A DNA stretch of 64,000 nucleotides from Candidatus Magasanikiibacteriota bacterium. GTDB taxonomy: Bacteria; Patescibacteriota; Patescibacteriia; Magasanikbacterales; UBA922. Under the pieces are notes generated by a model that had not been told where the DNA came from, ran no database searches, and saw only the letters and a program-made list of their open reading frames with translations. Shown here piece by piece: positions 35,421-45,151 of the stretch (within the stretch, counting starts at the first letter, position 1; every line of letters begins with the position of its first letter). The translations under genes and the position numbers were made by a program. Where the stretch lies: positions 220,544 to 284,543 of the forward strand of contig WJJZ01000010.1 in the NCBI GenBank assembly GCA_014729395.1, read 5' to 3'.

Positions 35421-36899
35421 ATGAGCAAGAAAAATAACCAGACAATTGAACTGTTATTAAAAAAACTCAAAAAATATGCAAGCAATGATGATCTCGAAAT
35501 TATTGAGCTGGCTTATGATTTTGCCGATACTGCGCACAAAGGACAAATTAGAAAAAGTGGTGAACCATACATAACACACCCCTTGGCAGCAGCACACATA
35601 CTTGCAAACATGAGGATTGATCCGGTAGTTATTGCGGCCACCCTATTACATGATGTTCCGGAAGACACAGAGACAACCTTGCAAGAAATAGAAAAAAATT
35701 TTGGTACTGAAATCGCTTCAATGGTAAAAGGTATTACCAAGCTTGGTAAGCTGAAATATCGCGGTGTTGAAAGATATATAGAAAATCTGAGAAAAATGTT
35801 TGTAGCCATGGCTGAAGATGTAAGAGTAATGATTATAAAATTCGCTGATCGTATTCATAATTTAAGAACCCTGGACTCACTACCACCTCAAAAGCAATAT
35901 CGTATTGCTCTTGAAAGTTTAGAAATTTATGCTCCAATAGCTAACCGTCTTGGTATGAACGAAATGAAAGGTAAATTAGAAGATTTGTCTTTTAAATATG
36001 TATACCCGAAAGAATATTCGCGTGTAAAAAAAATTAGAGATGAAAAATTAAGAGGAAAAGAAATCCTGCTAAAAAAAATTCAGAAAAACGCTGAAAATGA
36101 AATAAAAGATGCGGGTATAGATGTCATTGATATTCATGGAAGAAATAAAAGATTGTTTAGTTTATACAAAAAATTACTTAGAAAAGATAATCAAGCGGCT
36201 AAAATATATGATCTCGTAGCAATCAGAGTCATTGTGCCTACGATCGCCGACTGTTATGCCAGTATCGGCATAATACATAAAATTTGGCGGCCACTCAAAG
36301 GCAGGATAAAAGATTATATATCACAACCAAAACCAAATGGGTATAAATCATTGCATACAACCGTATTTGGCGAATCCGGAGAAATAGTTGAATTTCAAAT
36401 TAGAACACCTGAAATGCATGAAGAGGCTGAATATGGTGTGGCGGCACATTGGCACTACGATGAAAACGGATCACGTCTTCCATCAAAAGAAGTAAAATGG
36501 GTGAAAGAATTAGCTGAAGTACAAAAAGAAATCTTATCAAAATTATCAGATTTAGAAGAAATAAAAATTGATTTTTTACAAACAAGGATTTTTGTATTTA
36601 CACCCAAAGGAGACGTAATAGACCTACCGGAAGGAGCTACTCCGGTTGATTTTGCATACCACATTCATACAGATATAGGAAACAAGTGTAACGGTGCTAT
36701 GATAAATGAAAAGATGGTTAGTCTAAATACGGAATTAAAAAACGGTGATGTGGTTGAAATTATCGTAGATAAAAATAGAAAAAACCCATCTGTAGATTGG
36801 CTGAAATTTACTAAAACTCATACCGCCAGATCCAGAATTAAAGCGGCTCAAAAATCCAAACTGACCGGTTGGCTAAAATCGGTATTACCCAAATCATAA
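35421..36899 (+). CDS. RelA/SpoT homolog (HD, synthetase and TGS domains; no ACT)
   Basis: GEPYITHP, LLHDVPED, KFADRIHN, PKPNGYKSLHT, FQIRT and ATPVDFAYHIHT motifs. Confidence 0.93.
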   Translation: MSKKNNQTIELLLKKLKKYASNDDLEIIELAYDFADTAHKGQIRKSGEPYITHPLAAAHILANMRIDPVVIAATLLHDVPEDTETTLQEIEKNFGTEIASMVKGITKLGKLKYRGVERYIENLRKMFVAMAEDVRVMIIKFADRIHNLRTLDSLPPQKQYRIALESLEIYAPIANRLGMNEMKGKLEDLSFKYVYPKEYSRVKKIRDEKLRGKEILLKKIQKNAENEIKDAGIDVIDIHGRNKRLFSLYKKLLRKDNQAAKIYDLVAIRVIVPTIADCYASIGIIHKIWRPLKGRIKDYISQPKPNGYKSLHTTVFGESGEIVEFQIRTPEMHEEAEYGVAAHWHYDENGSRLPSKEVKWVKELAEVQKEILSKLSDLEEIKIDFLQTRIFVFTPKGDVIDLPEGATPVDFAYHIHTDIGNKCNGAMINEKMVSLNTELKNGDVVEIIVDKNRKNPSVDWLKFTKTHTARSRIKAAQKSKLTGWLKSVLPKS

Positions 36900-36943
36900 C
36901 TTTTTAGACCCAATAAATATAATCAAAGCTATAAATTATATAA

Positions 36944-36972
36944 AAACAATCGGCATAACCTGCCGATTGTTT
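36944..36972. terminator. Bidirectional terminator between rel and parB
   Basis: AAACAATCGGCA-TAACC-TGCCGATTGTTT. Confidence 0.8.
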
Positions 36973-36988
36973 AATTATATTCTTTTTT

Positions 36989-37849
36989 TTAGCTCAATTC
37001 GTCAACCAATCTTTTAAATTCCTCGTTAGAATAAAATGATATTGTAATAGAACCTTTCTCCCCTTTCTTCTTGATGATTACTTTGGTACCAAGTCTGTCT
37101 TCAATCATTTCTTCTTGTGCTAATAAGTTTGGATCTCGTCTAACAGAACCCTTTCTACTCTTTGCACCTTTTTTTGCAACTGTTTTTTCCAAATCTCTAA
37201 CCGTTACCTTGTCTCCCATCATAGAGGAAAAAACACTAATCTGTTCTTTTTCATCTTTAAGGCTCAATAGAGCTTTGGCTTTACCTGTACTAATTTTTCC
37301 ATCAATAAGAGCTTTTTGAATAACATCAGGTAAGTCCAATAATCTAATAATATTTGCAATTGTAGATCTATTCTTCCCCACTCTTTCGGCAACCTCTTTT
37401 TGTTTCAAATTAAACTCGTCCATTAAACGCTGGAAAGCAAATGCTTCCTCAATGGGGTTCAAATTTTGCCTTTGAATATTTTCTATTAAAGCCAGCTCTA
37501 ATTTTTCCTGTTTAGTAGCACCTCTTACTATTGCCGGAATTTTGGTCAATCCCGCAATTTCGGAAGCACGCAATCTTCTTTCACCGGCGATCAACTCATA
37601 ACCGCCATCAGTTTTTTCACTAACCGTAATAGGTTGCAACACCCCATGTTCCTTAATAGATACAACTAAATCTTCCAAATCCTTATGTGAAAAATCTTTT
37701 CTCGGTTGTTCGGGATTCGGTACAATCTCTGATATTGGAATATGCCAAATTCTATTTTTTAATTCCTCAACACTCGTTTGCTTACCGCTACTTTTTCTGG
37801 ATTTTTTTTGCTGTGGTATTAAGGAATTCAAGCCTTTACCAAGTGGCAT
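36989..37849 (-). CDS. parB: Chromosome partitioning protein ParB/Spo0J
   Basis: LGKGL, NPEQPR, AGERRLRA, ENIQRQNL and HTH. Confidence 0.95.
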   Translation of the reverse strand: MPLGKGLNSLIPQQKKSRKSSGKQTSVEELKNRIWHIPISEIVPNPEQPRKDFSHKDLEDLVVSIKEHGVLQPITVSEKTDGGYELIAGERRLRASEIAGLTKIPAIVRGATKQEKLELALIENIQRQNLNPIEEAFAFQRLMDEFNLKQKEVAERVGKNRSTIANIIRLLDLPDVIQKALIDGKISTGKAKALLSLKDEKEQISVFSSMMGDKVTVRDLEKTVAKKGAKSRKGSVRRDPNLLAQEEMIEDRLGTKVIIKKKGEKGSITISFYSNEEFKRLVDELS

Positions 37850-37888
37850 ATATAAATTTATTAATAATTAATAAAAAATTACCGTTAT

Positions 37889-38665
37889 TTAAGTTTCTGT
37901 TGTTTCGTATTTTTCCAAAACCTCCCTTACCAATCTTTCATATGCTTTAGCTCCTTTTCCTTTGGGGTCATAATGAAAAATTGATTGACCAAAACTTGGT
38001 GCCTCGGCCAATCTGACTGTTCGAGGTATGACTGTTCTAAATATAGTATCTGGAAAATATCGATAAAGTTCATTCATAACATCTTCTGATAATCTTGTTC
38101 TCTTATCATACATTGTCAGTACTGCACCTAAAATTTTTAACTCCGGCTTAATATGTTGCTGGATCAACGAAATTGTGTTTAAAAGCTGTCCCAAACCTTC
38201 CAATGCATAGTATTCAGCCTGAACCGGTATCATCAACTCATCTGCCGCCACCAAGCTATTTATTGTCAAAAGACCAAGTGAAGGTGGGCAATCTATAATT
38301 ATATAGTCATATGCATGCTTAACTTCTTCCAGTAAATCATGCAATTGAAATTCCCTTCTGTCCATATTTACGAGTTCCACATTTGCACCGGCCAAGTTTG
38401 AGCTACTTGGAGCTATTCTCAAACCTTCATGATCCGTATTTTTGATGATATCATAAAAACGTTTTTGTTTGGCCATTGCCTCATACACACCACTTTCAAG
38501 ATTATCCTTGCTAAAACCAAAACCGCTTGAAGCATTCCCCTGCGGGTCCATGTCTATAAGTAAAACAAATTTTCCCAACTCAGCTAAATAGGCCGCTAAA
38601 TTCATAGCGGTTGTTGTCTTTCCAACACCACCTTTTTGATTTACAATTGTGATAACTTTGGACAT
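37889..38665 (-). CDS. parA: ParA/Soj ATPase
   Basis: NQKGGVGKTTT, DPQGNAS, DCPPSLG and EAPSFG motifs. Confidence 0.96.
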   Translation of the reverse strand: MSKVITIVNQKGGVGKTTTAMNLAAYLAELGKFVLLIDMDPQGNASSGFGFSKDNLESGVYEAMAKQKRFYDIIKNTDHEGLRIAPSSSNLAGANVELVNMDRREFQLHDLLEEVKHAYDYIIIDCPPSLGLLTINSLVAADELMIPVQAEYYALEGLGQLLNTISLIQQHIKPELKILGAVLTMYDKRTRLSEDVMNELYRYFPDTIFRTVIPRTVRLAEAPSFGQSIFHYDPKGKGAKAYERLVREVLEKYETTET

Positions 38666-38681
38666 AAACAAAAGCTTGAAA

Positions 38682-38773
38682 TACCTGAAAAGCTTAAAAG
38701 GCCTGAAAGGCTAGTATCTATTGTTTAGAAGTCTTTCAGGCTTTTCTGGCATTTTAAGCCTTTCTAGCCTTTT
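38682..38773. repeat. Inverted 9-mer arrays upstream of parA
   Basis: CTTGAAATA CCTGAAAAG CTTAAAAGG CCTGAAAGG vs CTTTCAGG CTTTTCTGG CATTTTAAG CCTTTCTAG. Confidence 0.75.
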
Positions 38774-38789
38774 ATAATTATACTACAAA

Positions 38790-38818
38790 TTGACATCAGA
38801 CACAATAAAATGTATAAT
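38790..38818 (+). promoter_or_regulatory. Consensus sigma70 promoter of the tRNA-Leu locus
   Basis: TTGACA-17 nt-TATAAT. Confidence 0.75.
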
Positions 38819-38989
38819 CATTTAGCAGAAATTAAGCCCGAGTGGCCTGCCTTCGTTCCGATCTTATCGGAACTTCGGCAAGGCAAGCGGGACTCCGTAA
38901 AGCTCGCTACACTCGCTCTGGGTAAAGCTGGCTCTTATTTTGAGCTACAGTGAATAAAAGACGCTCAATATTTAAAATCAATAAACTAA

Positions 38990-39050
38990 GCCCGAGTGGC
39001 GGAATTGGTAGACGCGCACGACCTGCCTGCCGGCAGGCAGGCTCAAAATC
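38990..39050 (+). pseudogene. tRNA-Leu 5' half with a 20-bp palindrome in the anticodon loop
   Basis: Identical to 39299-39331, then CCTGCCTGCCGGCAGGCAGG, then CTCAAAATC; no 3' half. Confidence 0.8.
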
Positions 39051-39058
39051 AACATTTT

Positions 39059-39298
39059 ATGGTTTACTATGTTTACACAATAAAGAGTAAAATTAAATCA
39101 TATATTTATGTTGGAATTTCAGATAACCCTAATAGACGTATATTGTAGCATAATAAAGGTTATAATAAAACTACTAAGCCCTATAAACCGTTTGTATGTA
39201 TACTGTTAGAAAAGTATGATTCCAGAAGAGATGCAAGAGAAAGAGAAAAATATTTAAAGAGCGGCTTTGGAAAAGAATATTTAAAATCAATAAACTAA
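39059..39298 (+). pseudogene. GIY-YIG nuclease (small YhbQ-like) with an in-frame TAG
   Basis: MVYYVYTIKS..YIYVGISDNPNRRIL*HNKG..TKPYKP..AREREKYLKSGFG; stop at 39146-39148 (codon 30). Confidence 0.85.
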
Positions 39299-39380
39299 GC
39301 CCGAGTGGCGGAATTGGTAGACGCGCACGACTCAAAATCGTGTTCCTTCGGGAGTGAGAGTTCGATTCTCTCCTCGGGCA
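39299..39380 (+). tRNA. tRNA-Leu(CAA)
   Basis: GCCCGAG/CTCGGGC acceptor stem, CACGA-CTCAAAA-TCGTG anticodon arm, long variable arm. Confidence 0.93.
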
Positions 39381-39388
39381 CAATAATT

Positions 39389-40357
39389 ATGAAACTTTAC
39401 TTCGATATAATTATTATCACCGGAATATTTGCAACTGCCGTACCGGCAATTTTTTTGCTTTATCACCGTTCATTTTCTGAAAATTCACTGGAAAATAAGT
39501 TTAAAAACACATCTTTGATTTTGTCTCTTGTGTTGTTTATTGGTAGCATGGTATTGATCTATGGTAGTTTTTTTGAACCAAAACTTTTGATAACCAACGA
39601 ACAGGAAATTAATATGGAGGGTATAAATAATGAAATAGAAATTATTTTAATAGCTGACCCCCAAGTGGGACCCTATAAACAAGAAAAATATCTTGAAAAA
39701 ATTATCACCAGAATCATGGAATTAAAGCCTGATATCATTCTTATTGCGGGTGATATTGTAAATAATGGTATTCCAAACAAAGACGAAACCGTTTATTTAG
39801 ATCCATTAAAAAAATTGCCACTTATTGCCCCAACTTACGCTGTACACGGCAATCACGAGTATGGTATTGGATCTGAAAACCCGGAAGACAAAAAAGAATC
39901 TTTATCACCTGATGTAAGCCAAACAGTTAAAATTGCAATAGAAAATTTGAGTATAAAATATTTAGAGAATGATTTGGAATTGATTGAAGTAAATTCAGAA
40001 AAATTTTATCTTTTTGGTGGAGATTCTTATTGGGCTCGAAAACTTGATTTCTCTACCTTAAACAATCGCGAAGAGGATATCCCTACTATCGCCTTGATTC
40101 ATAACCAAGCGGCAATCTACGAAGCAACAAAACATAATGTTGACCTGGTATTAAGCGGCCATACCCATGGAGGACAAATTAGATTTCCTTTTGTTGGTCC
40201 ATTGGGCAGAGTTGATGGCAGCACTCCAAATGAATTATATCAAGGTCTACACCAATTCGGCAGCACAACCCTCTTTGTATCCAGTGGAGTCGGCGAAACC
40301 GGTACTCGAGCCAGACTGTTCAACCCTCCGGAAATAGTATTGATAAAAATAAACTAA
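39389..40357 (+). CDS. Membrane-anchored metallophosphoesterase (YkuE-like)
   Basis: ADPQ, AGD, GNHE, HN and SGHTHGGQ motifs. Confidence 0.88.
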   Translation: MKLYFDIIIITGIFATAVPAIFLLYHRSFSENSLENKFKNTSLILSLVLFIGSMVLIYGSFFEPKLLITNEQEINMEGINNEIEIILIADPQVGPYKQEKYLEKIITRIMELKPDIILIAGDIVNNGIPNKDETVYLDPLKKLPLIAPTYAVHGNHEYGIGSENPEDKKESLSPDVSQTVKIAIENLSIKYLENDLELIEVNSEKFYLFGGDSYWARKLDFSTLNNREEDIPTIALIHNQAAIYEATKHNVDLVLSGHTHGGQIRFPFVGPLGRVDGSTPNELYQGLHQFGSTTLFVSSGVGETGTRARLFNPPEIVLIKIN

Positions 40358-40397
40358 AAAACAGCCATATGGGCTGTTTTTAAAATATAAATATAAT

Positions 40398-40901
40398 TTA
40401 AAATAACCACCTCAAAGCTCCACCTGCGAACAGAGTGATTAAAGTTACAAAAGTGGCCGCCAAGCAAACTCCCAAAAAAATCGGTGGAAAAGCTTTCTTG
40501 AAAGGGATGTTAAAAATAAATGAAGCAAAGGATGCTGTCCAAGAACCTGTTACGGGCAAAGGAATGGCAACAAAAATTACAAAAGCTATTAATCCATATT
40601 TTTCGTATTTTCCTGAAAAAGTTTTTTCAGCTCTTTTAAGATACTTGGTTAAGACCGGCCCCAAAAAACGCCTTTTTACCACCCAGTCATGAAGTACGGG
40701 TACTAAAAGTAAAATAAAAATAGCCGGGATTATATCTCCCAAAATAGCCAAGATCCATGTTGTAAATACGGGTAATTTGTATACCTCAATTCCTATCGGT
40801 ATGGCAGCACGCAATTCCGTAATAGGTATCATTGATAGAAAAAAGACCGCTAATTCCGGAGGAAAGCCCACAAACCATTCAACCGGATTTAAATTGAACA
40901 T
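40398..40901 (-). CDS. Small multi-drug export-like membrane protein (COG2426)
   Basis: PITELRAAIP and FVAIPLPVTGSWT motifs. Confidence 0.85.
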   Translation of the reverse strand: MFNLNPVEWFVGFPPELAVFFLSMIPITELRAAIPIGIEVYKLPVFTTWILAILGDIIPAIFILLLVPVLHDWVVKRRFLGPVLTKYLKRAEKTFSGKYEKYGLIAFVIFVAIPLPVTGSWTASFASFIFNIPFKKAFPPIFLGVCLAATFVTLITLFAGGALRWLF

Positions 40902-40955
40902 AATAAATAAATTAAAGCCTAAACATTTTTTTACTTACAAAAAACATAATAATCC

Positions 40956-42029
40956 TTACGTGTCTAGTTCGGTCGAACTTGCAATTTCAATATTATCATT
41001 CTCCAATCTCTCTCCCGGCCATTTATAACTGGAAAATGTCCATTGGGCGATATCTCTGGCTTCTATAAATCTTGCTTCATGGTCAACGGCCCCCAAAACT
41101 ACCACATTTATAGTATGGCCCTTTTCATCAAATACTTGCATGGTAAAATTATAACCTGATGCGGGAATATAACCCGTCTTTCCTCCGGTAAACCCGCTAA
41201 AATTACTGCTTACCCAACCCAATAAGAGCCAATTCGTGCTCCACATATGATGATTTTTATTTCTTTTTGTAGAATACAAACTGAGTTCTTTTTTATTCAA
41301 AGCTTCTTTTATCTCATCATACTTCAAACTTTCATCCAGCAATATTGAAATATCCGAAGCAGTGGAAATATTTGTTGCATTCAATCCGGTAGGATCTGTA
41401 AAATAACTGTCTGTCATACCCAATTCCAAAGCTTTTTGATTCATTTTTTCAATAAACACTTTTTCATCCAAATCAAGACTGTTTACAAGACTCAAAATAG
41501 CTTTATTGGAAGATGCAACCAAACCGGCCTGCCAAAGCTCTTTTATACTATAAACATCACCTTTATAAACATGAGTGTCCAAAGAATCCGCCCCTATGAC
41601 CGTAGTGGTAGCTGACCAATCTAAACCCTGATCCAAAAGTACAATCGCCGTCATTAATTTTGTAATACTGGCAATAGGTCTTTGTATATATTCATTTTTT
41701 CTAAAAAAAACAAAACCTGTGTCAGAATCTTTGACAATCATGCTATCGGAACTAAATCGTTCGGGATTAATACTTTCTCCGATAAATTCAGGCAATTGCG
41801 GTTCTACATTTTTCGGGGGGCTGATCAAAACATCACCTCCCGCAGAAACTTCTTCAGTCTCCACCACTTTGGCAACCAAAAGAGAATCGGTCGGTAATTT
41901 TTTTTTCAAATCTAGAGAAAGATCGCTATAGTTAAAGAAAACAAACAAAAAAATTGTAACAAAAATCAACAACAAGCCGGCTGCATTCCTCCATTGATTT
42001 GCTAAATCTTTTTCTTTTAAAAAATTCAT
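40956..42029 (-). CDS. D-alanyl-D-alanine carboxypeptidase/endopeptidase (S11)
   Basis: ASITKLMT (SxxK), SSN (SxN), DPTGL and KTGY motifs. Confidence 0.9.
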   Translation of the reverse strand: MNFLKEKDLANQWRNAAGLLLIFVTIFLFVFFNYSDLSLDLKKKLPTDSLLVAKVVETEEVSAGGDVLISPPKNVEPQLPEFIGESINPERFSSDSMIVKDSDTGFVFFRKNEYIQRPIASITKLMTAIVLLDQGLDWSATTTVIGADSLDTHVYKGDVYSIKELWQAGLVASSNKAILSLVNSLDLDEKVFIEKMNQKALELGMTDSYFTDPTGLNATNISTASDISILLDESLKYDEIKEALNKKELSLYSTKRNKNHHMWSTNWLLLGWVSSNFSGFTGGKTGYIPASGYNFTMQVFDEKGHTINVVVLGAVDHEARFIEARDIAQWTFSSYKWPGERLENDNIEIASSTELDT

Positions 42030-42031
42030 AA

Positions 42032-42565
42032 CTAATCTCCCCGGTTAAATATCTTTTCAACATATTCATGATTTGAAAATTCCTTGTAATCCGGTAACTG
42101 TTTTATATCGGTTATACCAAGGTGGCTCATGGCTTCAAATGAAATTGAATATATTGGTAAGGCCTTATCTTTATCCATTTTTTCTTCAATCAGACCTCTT
42201 ATCAAGAGATTTCTTATAATTACTGCACAATTGACACCCCTTACCTGCTCCAATTCCGGTCTGGTTATCGGTCCAAGATAAGCAATTACGGATAATGTTT
42301 CCAACTGGGCTCTGGTCAATTCGTCCGTAACTTCAGTCTTTACAAACCCTTCGACGGTTTCTTTATTATCGGGATTGGAACACATTTGATATTTTTCACC
42401 TTGTTTAATGATGAAAATCCCCGAATCAGGTTTATTAAACTTTTCTACCAGACTCTTGAGCAATACCTCAACCTTTTTCTTGTCAATTTTTAATGCTTTG
42501 GCAATTTGAGAGCTTGATAAAGGCTTTGAAGCCACAAAAAGGATGGACTCTATTTTTGATTTCAT
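42032..42565 (-). CDS. scpB: SMC-Scp complex subunit ScpB
   Basis: IESILF, LETLSVIAY..PITR and RGVN motifs. Confidence 0.93.
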   Translation of the reverse strand: MKSKIESILFVASKPLSSSQIAKALKIDKKKVEVLLKSLVEKFNKPDSGIFIIKQGEKYQMCSNPDNKETVEGFVKTEVTDELTRAQLETLSVIAYLGPITRPELEQVRGVNCAVIIRNLLIRGLIEEKMDKDKALPIYSISFEAMSHLGITDIKQLPDYKEFSNHEYVEKIFNRGD

Positions 42566-42574
42566 AAAATTTTT

Positions 42575-43267
42575 TTACACTTTTTCTATTGATATATCAC
42601 TGAACAAATTTTCCTGATTATATTTTATAGACTTTTGTTTCACCAATTCGAGTAAAGCCAAAAAGCCGATTATCAGTTCCGTCTTATTTTTTCCTCTACC
42701 GGAAATATCAAAAAAACTACAACTTCCTTTTTTATTTAGTAAATCTCTAATATGATCTATTTTTTCTTTCATGGAAACAGCCTTATCAATATGGGTGCTT
42801 GGTAATTTTTTTGGTGGTTTTATTCTATTAATCAACTTTGACATCGAAATATAAAAATTTTTTCCTGAAAAATTTTTCGGTTTCACAAATTCATTAATGA
42901 CACGCGGGGGTTCAGTCCTAAAATAACCTAATCTGCCATCCAACCAAAGATTATTTATTTTTTTTGAGGCCTCAATAAACTGTTTATATAATTTCAATTG
43001 CTTTTCCAAACTGTCCGCTTCTTCATCTTCTGGAGAAAACTGAGGTAATAACATTTTGGATTTTAAATAGAGCAATTTTGTTGCTACAACTAAAAAATCA
43101 GCCAATTGCTGAGCTTTTTCTCCGGTTAAAGTATCCATATATTCAAGAAATTGCTCTGTGACCTGTGAGAGAGCAAGCTCTGAAATATTCAACTCCCTTT
43201 CTTCAACCAAACTCAACAGCAAATCATAAGGTCCATCAAATTGTTCAAGTTTTAACTTGGCCGGCAT
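42575..43267 (-). CDS. scpA: Segregation and condensation protein A
   Basis: FDGPYDLLL, KSKMLLP, FLALLEL and Q..LFSDI motifs. Confidence 0.92.
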   Translation of the reverse strand: MPAKLKLEQFDGPYDLLLSLVEERELNISELALSQVTEQFLEYMDTLTGEKAQQLADFLVVATKLLYLKSKMLLPQFSPEDEEADSLEKQLKLYKQFIEASKKINNLWLDGRLGYFRTEPPRVINEFVKPKNFSGKNFYISMSKLINRIKPPKKLPSTHIDKAVSMKEKIDHIRDLLNKKGSCSFFDISGRGKNKTELIIGFLALLELVKQKSIKYNQENLFSDISIEKV

Positions 43268-43287
43268 ACTAACCTGAAAAATATTTT

Positions 43288-45060
43288 TTATTTTTTCGAT
43301 TTTTTATTTATGACCCTCAAACCCAATTCTTTTAACTGTTCACTGTCAACTTTAGCGGGGCTACCCATCATTGGTTCTTCCGCTTTTTGGTTTTTTGGGA
43401 ATGCAACTACAGACCTTATATTAGTTTCGCTACTTAAAAGCATAACAAGTCTTTCTATGCCCGGTGCCAATCCGCAATGAGGCGGAGCACCAAATTCAAA
43501 TGCATTAATCATGTGGCCGAATTTATCATCCACTTGTTTTTTTGTATAACCGGCAATAGCGAAAGCTTTATACATTATTTCCGGATCTTTGTTGCGGACA
43601 GCGCCTGAAGAAAGCTCTAATCCATTGGCAACTATGTCATACTGAAATCCCAAAATATCCAATGGATTCTTTGTTTTTAAAGACTTCATACCCCCCTGCG
43701 GCATTGAAAAAGGGTTATGTGAAAAATCGATTTTTCCGCTATCTTCGTCTTTTTCATACATTGGAAAATCTACTATCCAAGACCAAGCGATTACATTTTG
43801 ATCCGGTAATTCTCTCTTTTCAGCGATAGCCGCTCTAACGGCACCAAGAGACAAACAAGCAGTCTCCCAAGTGTCTGCCGCAAAGAAAATTATACTGTTG
43901 TCCTCTATATTTAGCAATTTACGCAATTTATCAAGTTCGTTTTTTGTAAAAAATTTTGAGACTCCGCCTTCAAATTCATTATCGATGTATTTAAGCCAAG
44001 CCAAACCTTTTGCACCTTGACGCTCGGCTGCATCACAAAGGTCATTATCAATTATCTTTCTGGTAAAATCATTTCCACGATCAACTACCAAAGCCTTGAT
44101 ACAATTCGCCTTATTGAAAACATTAAATTTGGTTTTTTTTGCCCATTTACTAATATCCGTTAATTCCAAGTCATATCTCAGGTCAGGTCTATCACTGCCA
44201 AATCTATCCATCGCCTCTTTGTACGGAATTCTTGGAAAGGGTTTTTGCATGCATTTTTTGCCTGCCACTTTTTCTGTTAGCTCTACAAACAGGGGTTCCA
44301 TTAACTTAAAAAAATCATCCTGATCCATAAAACTGACCTCACAATCCATTTGATAAAATTCACCGGGTGATCGATCAGCCCTGGCATCCTCATCGCGCAT
44401 GCACGGTGCAATTTGATAATACCTATCAAAACCCGCCACCATTAACAATTGTTTATACTGTTGAGGTGCCTGAGGTAAAGCATAAAATTTACCCGGATGA
44501 AGACGACTGGGTACCAAATAATCTCTGGCCCCTTCAGGAGAAGATACAGTTAAAATCGGTGTTGATATATCAATGAAAGAATTTGATTCCATGTATTGTC
44601 GAATATATCTCACAACTTCAGAACGAAAAATAATTGTATCTCGCAATTTCTTCCTTCTTAATTCCAAGTAGCGATATTTAAGCCTCAGCTCCTCATCCTC
44701 TTCATTTTTTCCACTTTCAAATATTTCAAAAGGTAAAGTCTTTGACTCGGATAAAATTTCCAAGTCCTTTGCTTTCACCTCAATTTTACCGGTACTTAAA
44801 TTTTTATTTACATCTTTTTTATCACGCATGAGTACGTCACCTGAAATTTTTACTACATACTCATACTTTAGCTTTTTAGCTTTATCGGCAATTTTTTTAT
44901 CTTTGGAATCAATTACTATTTGAGTAATACCAAATCGATCTCTTAAATCTAAAAATATTAAACCTCCCATTTTCCTATGCTTGTGTACCCATCCGGATAA
45001 TAAGACCTCCTTACCAACATGTTTTGCTCTTAACTGACCGCAAGTGTGCGTCCTATACAT
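43288..45060 (-). CDS. aspS: Aspartate--tRNA ligase
   Basis: RTHTCG, RLKYRYLELR, PEGARDY, ALPQAPQ, GAD insertion and GAPPH. Confidence 0.96.
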   Translation of the reverse strand: MYRTHTCGQLRAKHVGKEVLLSGWVHKHRKMGGLIFLDLRDRFGITQIVIDSKDKKIADKAKKLKYEYVVKISGDVLMRDKKDVNKNLSTGKIEVKAKDLEILSESKTLPFEIFESGKNEEDEELRLKYRYLELRRKKLRDTIIFRSEVVRYIRQYMESNSFIDISTPILTVSSPEGARDYLVPSRLHPGKFYALPQAPQQYKQLLMVAGFDRYYQIAPCMRDEDARADRSPGEFYQMDCEVSFMDQDDFFKLMEPLFVELTEKVAGKKCMQKPFPRIPYKEAMDRFGSDRPDLRYDLELTDISKWAKKTKFNVFNKANCIKALVVDRGNDFTRKIIDNDLCDAAERQGAKGLAWLKYIDNEFEGGVSKFFTKNELDKLRKLLNIEDNSIIFFAADTWETACLSLGAVRAAIAEKRELPDQNVIAWSWIVDFPMYEKDEDSGKIDFSHNPFSMPQGGMKSLKTKNPLDILGFQYDIVANGLELSSGAVRNKDPEIMYKAFAIAGYTKKQVDDKFGHMINAFEFGAPPHCGLAPGIERLVMLLSSETNIRSVVAFPKNQKAEEPMMGSPAKVDSEQLKELGLRVINKKSKK

Positions 45061-45120
45061 AATATTATATTTACTGACATAATGGATATATTTTATCAAT
45101 TTTTAGCTGAATATGCAACC

Positions 45121-45150
45121 AAAAAACCCTCATTCAGTGAGGGCTTTTTT
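45121..45150 (-). terminator. Terminator after asnS
   Basis: AAAAAACCCTCA-TTCAG-TGAGGGCTTTTTT. Confidence 0.65.
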
Positions 45151-45151
45151 A

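Noticed and set aside
39146-39148. In-frame TAG as evidence of stop-codon recoding
   Set aside because: TAG terminates ordinary genes here (e.g. dprA, scpB, mltG) and TGA does too (recG, queA); a single nonsense mutation is simpler.
38990-39380. Group I intron or split tRNA-Leu with a homing endonuclease
   Set aside because: The downstream tRNA is complete on its own, the intervening DNA is almost entirely the small ORF, and no group I core elements are recognisable.
39305-39388. N-terminal extension of the metallophosphoesterase ORF
   Set aside because: It overlaps tRNA-Leu; the start was moved to 39389.
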